Below, one piece after another: positions 52,241 through 64,000 of a DNA stretch of 64,000 nt (positions within the stretch are counted from its first letter, which is position 1; every line of letters starts with the position of its first letter). Source of the stretch: Octopus bimaculoides (taxonomy: Eukaryota); the NCBI RefSeq assembly GCF_001194135.2, contig NC_068988.1, forward strand, positions 47,040,893 through 47,104,892, in the 5' to 3' direction. The position numbers were made by a program, and so were the translations under genes. The notes beneath the pieces were generated by a model. That model was not told the DNA's origin, did no database searches, and saw nothing but the letters and a program-made list of their open reading frames with translations.

Positions 52241-54658
52241 ATATTTTCTTTAGTGGAGGCACATGGCTTAATAGTTAAGATTGTGGCTTCAATTCCCAAA
52301 CCAGGTGACATATTGCGATCTTAAGCAAACACTTCATCTCACATTGCTTCAATCCACTCAGTTGGCAAAAATGAGTAATCCTGCGATGGACTTGCGTCCC
52401 ATCCAGTAGGGGAATATATTTACCATGGAAGCCAGGAAACTGGCCCTATGCGTCAGTGTGACTCAGGAAGGATCTACGTTTCCTTTAGTATTTATTTGCT
52501 AAGTATTATAAAAACTCTCCACACATGGTGAATTAGATGCAGTTTTGTCTTTATTGTAGAAATCTTTCTTCCTTCCTCATTTCTCTATTTCACTCACTTT
52601 CTCCGGCTGATATGTGTTCTCTCTTTCTAGTGATGTTGGTAGACTGCATAGCTTTCTCACATAAGCAAAGGTGGAAACTTTTAGATGACGAACAATGAAT
52701 TCCTATGTATAAATATATATATATTTATATAAATATGTCCAACTTGCACAGAGTACAAATGACAAGGGTGAGCTGTTTCTGGGGGTTCGGCAATCAATAA
52801 TAATGTTGGTAGATTTAGTCCATTACAAAATGCGGCTACATGGATGTATTTAACATAGGATGAGACGAGCCTCCTTCATTAGGGTAGAGAAGATCTCATA
52901 TCTTAATGGTATAAATACTTGTATATTGAATAAGCTTATCTTCATATACCGCCGTTCAGGGAGTGAAAACAATGAAACAATCAAAATGCGAATATCGCAA
53001 TTTGTGGATGACTTGCAGTGCAAAGAGATTTGCTACAGATCCAAGTTTACTGACAAAAAAATTTGAGATCAGCATACAAGAATGAAATATAATAATGATG
53101 TGAATGAATGCTTAGCAATTATAGTACCATTGTTCTACGTGCGAAGGGATTCAGTAACAGCGCTCAATAAAGGAGTGCATATCAGATTTAGAATTATAAT
53201 TGTCCATTAAATTTTTTTTGGAAATTGATCTGAACTGGTTTATTGATTTAAACTATATATGGTTAGTGATTCAGTTTCTAAGGATTATACTAGGTTTGCT
53301 GAAAATCCTTTCAAGTTAACATGTAATCAATACAAATATTATTTCAGATATCCTGACAGATTTTTGACACAAATTTATCAAAGTACATCTGCTCTTTAAA
53401 ACATAACAATATCAGAATCTATAAAATCATTCTGAAGATATTAAAACATGCCAAATCGTTTGATCTTTGTATTTTGAAAAAAAAAGAAATAAAAATTTGT
53501 TCTATAGGAATTCACCCGTTCAGTGCTAAAGTACTTTTGTCGCCATAAATCGAGATTTTTGCTGAAATATTTTAAAATGCCTAACGGCTAAATACTGAAT
53601 GGCTGCTTCTCATGCTACAAATCACGATGTTTTTGTTGTTAACTTGCGTCGCATATTCAGCGGATTTTATTTCATGCATAAATATAAGATCAGTTGATTC
53701 AGTTTTTTATTGCATGAAGGTCAGTAAAATGTGAAACTCAAAGTCATAATTCGTGGAGTTTCATTTTAATATAAAAACAAAATTAAATATTGATGGTGTT
53801 CCAGCATAGCTACAGTACTCTAGCTGGAGCAAATAAAAGAATAAGAAAGTAAAAGAACACACACGTACGTACACACGTAAAATAATAAAATCGGTTGTCT
53901 GGTTTAGTATTTGGTGTCTGACGCGATTTTAGTTAAATCAATCCGTTTTGATAATGTAATGTTTCGAGTAATATTCTCTGATACACAAGTCTTTTTCCTA
54001 GAAATACTTTTCAATCAATTTCTCGGCCCTGGAACACTGAAAATCGAAAAATGTTGCTTATTCAAACACAGAAAAATATCTTTTAACCATTCATAAAAGG
54101 CGGATAGTTCAAGCTGGATATGGAAATGGAAGAAAGAGCAAATGCCAAGCGATATTTTGACAATTCAGTTTCATACGGAATCTATAGTGAGAAATATTGA
54201 TGAAATAGGAGCGGGTATATATTCAACAAAAATATAAATGTTTATGACAGAGAGAAAAAAAACATACATATATAAACATAGGCATATACACATACACACA
54301 TACGTATATGTCTAAACACACACACACACACAATGATTTTTCACTCAGAACAATAAAATCTGCGAATGACAGAAAAGGGAAATTAGTTCTCCACAACTGA
54401 TAAGGTAAAAAATAAATCAGAAAAACGAATTGAGTAATTCGAATGAAATCATCTATTACGTAAAATGAAATTGACTCAGTCATTGCAAACATAACATCTA
54501 TATATATGTTCATACGCACACACAACCACGCGCGCGCGCACACACATATATATAGCGAGAACTGCTTTTTGTATGTGTCTCCATTTTCTTCTTGAAGTGT
54601 CTCTCTGACTGATGCTATTATTAAGGCACTGATTTTTGGACTTGTAAAATAAACCGAA

Positions 54659-55364
54659 ACGGTGTTCGTGAAAATAATAAAAATATAAAAACTGTTTGAG
54701 GTAAAATTCCGAAGGAGGAGAGAGGGAAAAACTGATTACTGCGGGAGGAAACGTCTTGTGGTGCAGGAGAAAAAACAAGTATAATATACCTAAATATCGA
54801 ATGATAGTTCGCTTCACTAATAAGGATATTATTTGTCAGATAGTGTATGCTCGTATTGAGGGAGATATGATTGTGCCTTCGGCCTACTCTCATGAGTTCC
54901 CTAGATATGGCATCAAGGTAGGGCTGACCATCTATGCCGCTGCATATTGCACAGGACTTCTTCTTGCCAGAAGAATATTGAAAACGTTCAATTTGGACAC
55001 CATCTATGATGGTTATACTGATGTAAGTGGAGAAGAGTATAATGTTGAGAACATTGAAGGGAAACCTAGAGCCTTCCTTGCATTTCTTGATGTTGAACTC
55101 AGCCTTACTACAACTGGTGCAAGAGTCCTTGGAGCAATAAAAGGTCCTGTTGATGATGGTGTGGAGAAACTTCACAATGTTAATCGCTTCCCAGGTTATG
55201 ATGCTGAAAGTGAAGAATTTAAAGCTGAAGTACATAGGGATAATATTTTTGGCAAACATGTTGCAAATTATAGGTCTACACTTCAAGAAAAAGATGTAAA
55301 AACATACAAAAAGCAGTTCCTGCGTTATATTAAACTAGGCAGAACACCTGAATTAATTGGAAAG

Positions 55365-55370
<6 letters not shown>
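54659..55370 (+). pseudogene. RPL5: Processed (intronless) pseudogene of 60S ribosomal protein L5 (uL18); start codon lost, +1 frameshift, C-terminal ~50 codons missing
   Basis: ORF 54756-55454 reads [68 protein letters not shown]...[18 protein letters not shown]...[10 protein letters not shown], which is unmistakable uL18/RPL5. Upstream, in another frame, 54659-54775 reads (ACG)[36 protein letters not shown], the RPL5 N-terminus with ATG changed to ACG and a TAA at 54686. An extra A in the run at 54770-54775 shifts the frame. No introns. Homology ends at a (TA)n tract near 55365. Confidence 0.95.
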
Positions 55371-55410
<40 letters not shown>

Positions 55411-55624
55411 GTATGTATTTATATACACATATACACAAGCAATATTATAATTAATACGGTAAAACAATTAAAGCTGGCAAAATATATACCTAATTCAAGA
55501 TACACACACACACGTATGTAATTCATGAATGTAAATATGTAGGTATTATGTGTGTATGTATCTATCGATACATACATACATACATGCATATATACATACA
55601 TACATACATACATACATACAAGCG

Positions 55625-55662
<38 letters not shown>

Positions 55663-55928
55663 TAGCGAGATAGCTATACAAGTATACAAAGAAAGGGGGA
55701 GTGTGATACAGGTATCTTATTTTTATTTTCTCATTTTTTCCAAGAAGCTTCAAATATATGATCATATTTTTCTTTATTTTCGGGACGATTCTTGTTTTGA
55801 AAATGAAATATATTTAATACCCAAGAATGGTTATGAAGCAATGAGAAAAAAAATCTTTGAATTTTTATTTTTTATTTTTCTTCACACTATTTTTTTTCTT
55901 CTTGTTTTCTTGATATTTCTCTCGTTCA

Positions 55929-55958
55929 CTAATGGAAAGACTAAGGTCTGAAACGTTA
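55929..55958 (+). ncRNA. Decayed minimal hammerhead relic
   Basis: CTAATGGA-A-AGAC TAAG GTCT-GAAACGTTA: perfect stem II and the GAAACGTT palindromic stem III of minimal PLE hammerheads. The core is mutated from CTGATGA and there is no clear stem I. Confidence 0.4.
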
Positions 55959-57896
55959 AGATACTTAATAATACTGTTATAGTGTTAGGTTGATATCCCG
56001 TTTGTTAAATCTTGTTCATGAGTTATCCATTTTAATTGTGCATTATATTTGCACTATATATATATATATTTGTGCGTGTTTACGTATGTAGATTGATCAA
56101 TGAATATGTTTATACATAATTTTTTTAATCGAAAGAAAACTGTAGAAAAGTGTCTAAATTGTTATTTAGATTAGAGCTACATTCGCTTGCGAAGACAAGA
56201 AACTGGGTTCAGCCTTCGATAGCTGCGTAACTAACAAATGGTTACCTAGTAGATTTTTGACTAAATAAAGAGCTGTACCAATTAACATAATGGCTTACAA
56301 AGATTCCTCAGTTGGTTAAGAAAGCTTAAAAATCAATATAAAGTGTCTGTCTTGTACACATTTAATGTTTTTAAAAAATTCGTTTTTAAAGCTAAATCAA
56401 AAAATATTACATGGTTCTGAAAATTTTGACTAAAAAATATACATATGCTCTAAAATGAAAGAATACACAAATTGTTATTAACAAGCTTTCAATTTTAACG
56501 AAACACATCTTTAATATATAGTACAAAGGAATTTTTCTTGAAACTTCGTTTTTTAATGCTATTTCTGCTTACTTAAACAGATGTGTAATAATGAAATTTT
56601 GACGTAAACAAGAAAAAGTGCATTTTTTTTAATGAATCCAAGGAATAATAATAATAATAGGAACATAGCCACAGTAAAATGCCATCGGAAATCTTCAATA
56701 AACGATTGATTTGAAGATTTTATTTTTGTTTCAAATGTTTTATTAGGGACATTAAGTAAAACGTGGTTTCTTCATATATGTGTAATACTATTTTTATAGA
56801 TTGTATTAGCGTTCATTGCTGAGCATGAGGTATGTGGACCGCACAGAGCAGTCATTTTATATACAAATGAATTCCTAATACGGAAGGTATGTTACATTTG
56901 AGGTAGGAGCAGTAGCCAACTTGGCTGCCGCACAGGGCGGTCAAGGCCCACGCAACATCTGTGTTGTTATTGCATGTCTTTGATGAAGACACTTTATCTC
57001 ACTTTGCTCCTGTCACTTCAACTGGCAAAAATAGTTGTACCTGTATTTCAAAGGGTCAGCCCTGTAACATTCTGTGTCACCTTGAATTTCCTTGAGAACT
57101 GCGTTAAGAGTATGCATGTCTATGATGTGCTCAGTTACTTGCTTATTAAGTTAATTTCACGAACGGGCTGTTCTGTTGATCGGATCAACTGGAACCCTCG
57201 TCGTCATAACCAACGGGGTAATAATATGACAGTCAAAAGTGTACGTGGTCAGGCCCTAGGACCTCTGTGCCAACATTCTAGGACAGAAAATGTGCTTGCA
57301 AGCGAGAAACACTGAGACGGAGAGATGACACAAAAGACAAACGGGGTATTTAGTGTAGTGCACGGTTGCAGCACGAGCTCGCAGTATATAGCAAGGTGTG
57401 GTGGTTGTGTCTGAGGCCCTCGCACGTCAACTATTAGGAATCGCAAACTCATTTATTTACATATGCAATTTCTGTGTTACTGATATTCTTTTGCCAGCCA
57501 AAATTATTATGCTTACTCTTCTACATTTCCATGCAATTTCTTTAGCACTTTCGATTATTTTTAAAATATGAAATTTGTGCAACAAAATAAATTACAAGGA
57601 AACATTCTCAGCACTTAAAAGAAAGAAAAAAAATTATTTGCTTCTTTTAATAATTAAATTAGCTGGTGCTAAGCAATCTTTGAATTTAGTCTAAAATAAA
57701 GTTTCAACGAAAACATCGAAGAAAGACTTGCCACATTTCAAATGATTGAAAAAAAATATCTTTTCATAACTTGAATTAATAAGCGGTGAGAAAAAAGAAT
57801 CATCAACAGCGATTTAACAGATATATTGAAGTTTTACTTCAAGTTTTATGTTTTGTAAATACACTTAAGAAATTTATCCCCTCTTCTTGTTTGCAG

Positions 57897-57915
57897 AATT
57901 GTTCGTTTAGTCCAG
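57897..57915 (+). CDS. Candidate 19-nt micro-exon
   Basis: ccctcttcttgtttgcag|AATTGTTCGTTTAGTCCAG|gtgtgt: strong sites; open in two phases (IVRLVQ or NCSFSP). Confidence 0.3.
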
Positions 57916-59068
57916 GTGTGTAAAACAAATTGTATTATGTCATCATATTAAAGATGTTGATGTATTTGCATACATGCACACAACTACACATGGAGTCTGC
58001 TCTCAGTAAATCAGTAAACCATTTTCATGGAACAAGTGAGTTTTATGTGAATGCATGGGTGAAACAAAATATAGTTTACTGTTCCCTTAAGGTATGATCA
58101 ACAAAGGAGTACTCCACTCAGTGAGAGATGAATATTTTGCAAATAGAACAAACCATCCCAGAGCCAGAAATTGGTCGTAGACACAAGGCAGTTATAAAAA
58201 TTTCCTTAAACATGTATCTCAATGGCAAGTAACTATTAGTAGCTCTTATTTTAATATAGTGTACATTAATGCTATTCTATAAAGGTTTCCTATCTTGTCG
58301 TTGAAAGCTCAAAATGGGGAGTAATTAACAGTCGACAACTGAGGAGGAGTTAGAATTCTTTTGGTATTTTATTCCGTACTTGAATATCATTAAGTGTTTA
58401 CGTATTTTTCACTTGTTGATGATGTCCTGCACTTGATGTATGTATATATATATATATATATATCCCACCCTCTTATTAGATTATATTGTTAAGACCCTTT
58501 ATCATCTAGAGCTCATTAGTAACGTTATGTAACTTTCTTTCGTCAAATGTGTCTTGGAGCATAAATATGTCATTAGCTTATCCCCTTACCGCCTGGATTA
58601 TCGTTTCAACTAGGACATGCGATATTATAACATTTGTTGGGCCTGCTGCCGAGGTTCTTTGCCTCCTTCCGTTATTTTCCTCCTTCTTAGTCGCTGATTT
58701 CCTTTCGTTCTGCGACTCAAGTATTTAAATTATAACTATCTCCTCCGATTCATTAGTTTTACTAACTTATTAAATGATTGTTTTCTTACTATTTTAGTGT
58801 ACAACCTGGTCATATTATTAAGTCTTTAATTCCAATTAATTGTGTATACACTGTTTGTTTATGACAGAAATGGAATGTTCATGAAATGAAGCAGGTTCAG
58901 GAATAGTTGTATAAAATGAAACCGGTTGATTATATTCTATAAACATCCCGTTTTTATCATGAATTATCATAAAAATTTCAATGCACTTTCTACTCTAAAT
59001 TCTTTCTCTTATCTTAACGCCCTCTTTCTGTCTGTGTCTCTGTGTATCCGTCTGTTTCCCTCCCTTTC

Positions 59069-59143
<75 letters not shown>

Positions 59144-60975
59144 GTATGTGTAACGTAATGTCTGATTATTACTCGTGGGAGAATGGGGACTGAATGTGTA
59201 AACAACGTATAGATAATCTTTTAATAGCTTAACTTGCTATAACAGTCACTGAAGTTCTTACAGATCTATGACAATCGCTTGTCAAACTAACATGTGACTT
59301 GTAAATGAATCTCTAGGCCCTTAAATCACTCCTGTGTGTGTGTGTGTATGTGTGTGTGTGTGTGTGTACATACATACATACATACATACATACATACATA
59401 CATAAATAGAGAAAGAGAGAGGATATCTTTTTATCAGCTATGATTGCCCTGAGTTCTCCAACTGTTTACAAAAGCAAACTTACCTATATGTACGCATGTG
59501 TATGCGTGTATATTTGTATGCATATATGTATGTATGTACTTGTATGTATATACATACATACATACATATGTGACATTTTGAACAAAAAGAATAGTAAAAA
59601 ATACGACAAAAAAATGTTTTAGAACAGTAAATATAAAGTTAGGTATTAAAGATAATTTACCGATATTCTCTTAATCGCATTTTGATCATTTTATCATGCA
59701 CGATTTTGCTCACTTTATCTCCCTACTCTTCCTTTCTCTCCAAAACTACACACAAGCAATCACCCTCTCTCTCCCTCACTCTCACTCACAGATACACTTC
59801 CCTTCTCTTTCTTTCTCTTTTATCATCTGTTAATCTATTTTAGTTCCATCTGTTCTGTTTTTCTCTCTGACATATTTCAGTCTCTATCGATCTTAATGAA
59901 TCACTTACACATTTCTTTTCTTTTTTTTTTTTTTTATTAGTCTCTAAAATTTACTATCTCTCTCTCGAATTCAACATTCCACTCCATTAAAGTCGCTATC
60001 TATTAAATTTAATGGCTCAAATTCCTTCTTCTCTACTTGTACTTCTGTATATCACCCTCTCGTTTGCTATCTCTTTCTGTTACTCTCTTCTCCATCTTTG
60101 GCTCTGAGTTTTTCTTCTTTTCTCTTATATCCTGTCGATCACAAACTCTCTCCCCATTATAGCTTTGTGCTGCGTGCGTGTTCTTTTCTCTCTCCTTGTT
60201 TAGCTAATCTCTTATTCTCTGTTTCTTTCCGTCTATATATCTCTTGTTCTCTTTTACTGTCTTTCCTACTTGTTGCTCGTCTCTCTATAAGTCCCCGGAT
60301 TTTCCTCTCTATAACTCTCCTACTTGCATCCCCCTCACTGGTTCTCTTACTACTTTCCATCTCTAACGTCGCCAACAGTCAGACGAAGACAAGATGCAAC
60401 AGGTTTCTTAAATCCGAGACACTTGATTCCAGAACTTTTTATCATTCTTCTTGTAATACTGCCTTCAGACTTTAAACGCTTAAATTGCCTGCGACACATA
60501 CGCGCGCGCTCACGCTCACAAATACTCACACGCATACACGCGCGCGTACGCACATACACATACAAATACACAAACACACACACACGAGGAGCAATCCGAG
60601 CATGGATTAGTTGAAGAGATGCACATAGTTTCAGGATGTTGCATAATCTACTTAGAAGATAGATTGAACTTTAAGTAATTTTTGGTTTTTCTGGCAGAAA
60701 GAGAGTAGTTTCGAAGAGTTCACCAAATTCTTCATTGTGGAGAGATTTCTGGATTTTGAACAGATATATGTTAAATGATTTTCATTCAAAATCATCCTCT
60801 GTCGCCATCTATTTCTTTGTTTTCTTTTCTTTCTCCCCCTCTTTCTTTCTCCCCTCTTTCTTTCTTTCCCTCTTTCTTTCTTTCTTTCTTTCTTTCTTTA
60901 TTTCTTTCTCTCCATCTTTCTTTTTTCTTTCCTTATTTTCCCTCCCGCTTTCTTTCTTTCATCCTTTTCCTCTCC

Positions 60976-61011
<36 letters not shown>

Positions 61012-63249
61012 TTTCTCCCTCTTTTTTCTTTCTTTCTTTCTTTATTTCACATAGACACATACACACACGCACTCATTCATAGACAATATATGTGCATAAC
61101 CATGTGATCTTCGGTTCAATCTCACTGTGAAGCACCAGGAGCAAATGTTTTACTATAGCCCAAGGCCGACTAAAGCCTTGGTTGTTGATTTGATCGACAA
61201 AAACTGAAAGAAGCTGTCGTATGGATGTATCTATGCGCGCGTATCTTTGTGTTTGTATTGTCTTTTCCCCTACCACCGCTGAGCAACCAGTGTTGGTTTG
61301 TCTACATTCCTGTAACTTACTGGTTCGGCAAGAAAAGATAACGCTAGAATAAGTATCAAGCAGGAAAAAATAAATAAGCAGTGGGGAAAATTTGTTTAAC
61401 TCAACACAGGAAGACAGTACCCCAGCATGGAGGCATTCTTATGGCTGAAACAAGTGAAAAACGCATAAGATAGCATATATATTGTGATGTATGCAGCTGT
61501 ATGTTAAAAACTGTATATATTGTCACCGGTATGGATGTATGTTTAAAAATGTGTCGCAACCATATGGTCTCTCATTCGTCTCTACCGCACACTAATTCAC
61601 TGAAGTGTTTCCATTAAAGTGTATCGATAACTCATAAGCTGCGAATGGGATTTGATTGACAGAAAATATGCAAAGAGCAGTCGTGTACACGCAGGCACAC
61701 ACAAAAGCATAAACATATTAAAAAGCTACTGTCTGTCGGCGAATGAGGCATATAATACTGAATACAGCACGTGGAATATATAGTCAACTCAAACTGAATC
61801 TCTTTCTGGAAAATTAAGTTTCATGCCATGGCAATCGTCTAGCGAGAACTGCAATTACTAGGTATTTATTTTCTTTCTTATTCATCGGCATGGCTTTGGC
61901 TAATTATCAATGCGTTTATTATTCGTGCTTATTTGTCATTCAAACGGGTATTTTTTCTTCGGTTCTTTTGGTTTATTTCCTGTTTTCAAATTTTCTTGGT
62001 TTTGTCATTATGTAAAATGTTATTTGTCGTTCTGCTATCACAAAGTGTTTTCTGTCTTTGGTTCGACGAGCACATTTCCTTTTTCCCAACACACTTATAC
62101 TACAATTGTTGATTAACTTTCTAATATATTGATTTGAAAAGATTTATTTGTTTTATTTGTTTCCTTTTATCGGTTCATTGTCATCCTGTTTTTGTCAAAG
62201 GTGGCCATTTAATTTTTCATGGTCTAGTAGTTTGTTGGATTTGGCTCGGAATCTAGGAATTTAATTATATATATGCTTACATAGATACGTACGCACATAC
62301 ATGCATACATACATACATACATACATGCATACACACATATGTATATGTGTGTGTATGTATATATTATATCTACTTATACTAATGCTTGTGTATATACTTG
62401 TCTTAGTGTATGCATGTATATGCATGGATGTATATATGTATATAAATGCATACCGTATATACATATGCATTTAGCTATCTAGTTGTATATAAACACACAC
62501 ACGCACGCATACATAGATACATAGGCACATAAACACAAACACAAAAACACATATAAACATTTATATTCACGTGTTCTATATTTATATATACATATGTGTA
62601 GCGATTTGTATATTCGGTTTGAAATATCTGTCTTGAGTTCGGGTCCTGTTAATGTATGATGTACCCACTTTCGTGTTACTAAATCGTTTGTGGTGATCGA
62701 GAAACAAAAATCATCCAATTTCGTACATGAATGAAATAAATACTATGAACAATATGACCTCTGAGGATGTAGAAAAAATATATGGGAACTGATATATACT
62801 TATATGTTACACGTAGGCTTAAATGAATACGAAATGACACATTTGGTGATTAGAGGCTTATAATATAAAAAGTAACAGAACGTTTCAATGAAACAGCCTA
62901 CTTTAGAAGATGATAATTTTGGAATGGTACAAGTTATAAAACCATAATAGCTAAAGCATAGTCCAGGAGAAAATAGAAGAAAAGTAAGAATAAGAAACAA
63001 ATTGTGAAAGTTAGAAGAGAAACTGAAAGTAAAAGATGATTCTGTAGCCAGCGACATTAAGATCTGAGGCACGACGTACGAAGGAGCGCAAAAATCTCTC
63101 AGTGTGAATCAGTACATCGGTAGGGAAAAGTAGAGGGTAGCAATGTACTCGACCTTAAGGATACGGAAAGCTAATTTGGAATTGTTTCGAAGCAGTATTG
63201 CTGGATGAAAGGAATATACGTGCAGACATGACTATCTAAAGCAGATGTA

Positions 63250-63880
63250 AAAAGACTGACCAGCTTATAACGTGGATAACTGTACAGTCAAACGGATGAC
63301 TGAAGATATGAAGGGCGGAAAGTAACTGGATGAATTAGGAAAGGTGACTAAGATTCTGAAAATATTTGAAGCAGAAGCACTAGTAACTAGCAGAGCCAAT
63401 CAAGTGGTACATTCATAATAATTGGCATAAAAGTATCATTAGATAGAGTAGCATGGTTCACAATGATGCACTGGAATAGAGAAAGTGTACAGGTATCAAC
63501 TGATGAACCATGTTATGAAGATAAGCGGAAGAGTTAGCACAGCTGAGAAAAGAATTAGGTTACACGGAATACAATTCGAGTTTGCGCCAGACCGAGTACC
63601 ACCGATGTTTTCTTCCTAATCAGCCAGCTACGGAAAGGTTCAGTAAGGTTCAAGCTTCATGACCTAGCATTCGGTAACCTCGAGAAGGTTTTCAACAGAG
63701 TTAACAATCTAGTGATTGTTAAGACATTAAGTGTAGAGGAATGTCTATGAGAAACGCGCAATGTATATGCAGGGGTATTATCGGCAAGGCTATAAGAAGC
63801 AAGAAACTCAGTAGAAATTTTATATGGTTTGTGGTCATCACGGTTTGTTTCTTAGCCTCTTCTGATTATCATTGCTCTTT
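63250..63880 (+). mobile_element. Old, frameshifted RTE LINE RT N-terminal region
   Basis: Fragments in shifting frames: DMKGGK, YRYQLMNHVMKI, IQFEFAPDR..TTDVFFLISQLR, LAFGNLEKVFNRV. These correspond to RTE motifs YRGIKLLxHxMK, QFGFxPGRSTTDAIF and AFVDLEKAFDRV. Confidence 0.75.
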
Positions 63881-64000
63881 CCAGATCATGAAAAATTAAT
63901 AAAAGAATTGCTAAATACGGAATCAAGAAGTAAGACAAGCAAACACTAAAGTCGTACAATTCTTTACTGCTTTCTGGGAAGTGGCCATCTGGATACTCAT

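Noticed and set aside
54621-55286. 221-aa minus-strand ORF
   Set aside because: It is the antisense shadow of the RPL5 retrocopy.

Overview
Eukaryotic, very AT-rich, microsatellite-saturated genomic DNA with eight assembly gaps (N-runs). The interspersed repeats (tRNA-derived SINEs, RTE LINE 3' ends with (GAT)n tails) match what I recall of octopus (coleoid cephalopod) genomes. That assignment is from memory, not a search. Best-supported protein-level features: (1) an intronless, frameshifted and 3'-truncated ribosomal protein L5 retrocopy at ~54.56-55.66 kb, bracketed by a probable 13-bp target-site duplication; (2) transposon relics. These relics are three mariner copies, one Tc1/mariner HTH fragment, several RTE LINE pieces, Penelope-like RT and GIY-YIG pieces, one R4/Dong-like restriction-like-endonuclease retroelement end sitting in a (TACA)n tract, and a TTAA (piggyBac-type) MITE. 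A near-complete Penelope-type hammerhead ribozyme fold lies at 32,556-32,614 (-), with several decayed relatives elsewhere. Splice-site reading by eye suggests a + strand host gene of many small exons (9-114 nt, several micro-exons) that chain in frame from ~5 kb to ~45 kb or beyond. This model is a hypothesis and the product is unidentified. No rRNA, intact tRNA or CRISPR array was seen. Most ORFs in the supplied track are microsatellite or N-run artefacts. Repeat boundaries are approximate.
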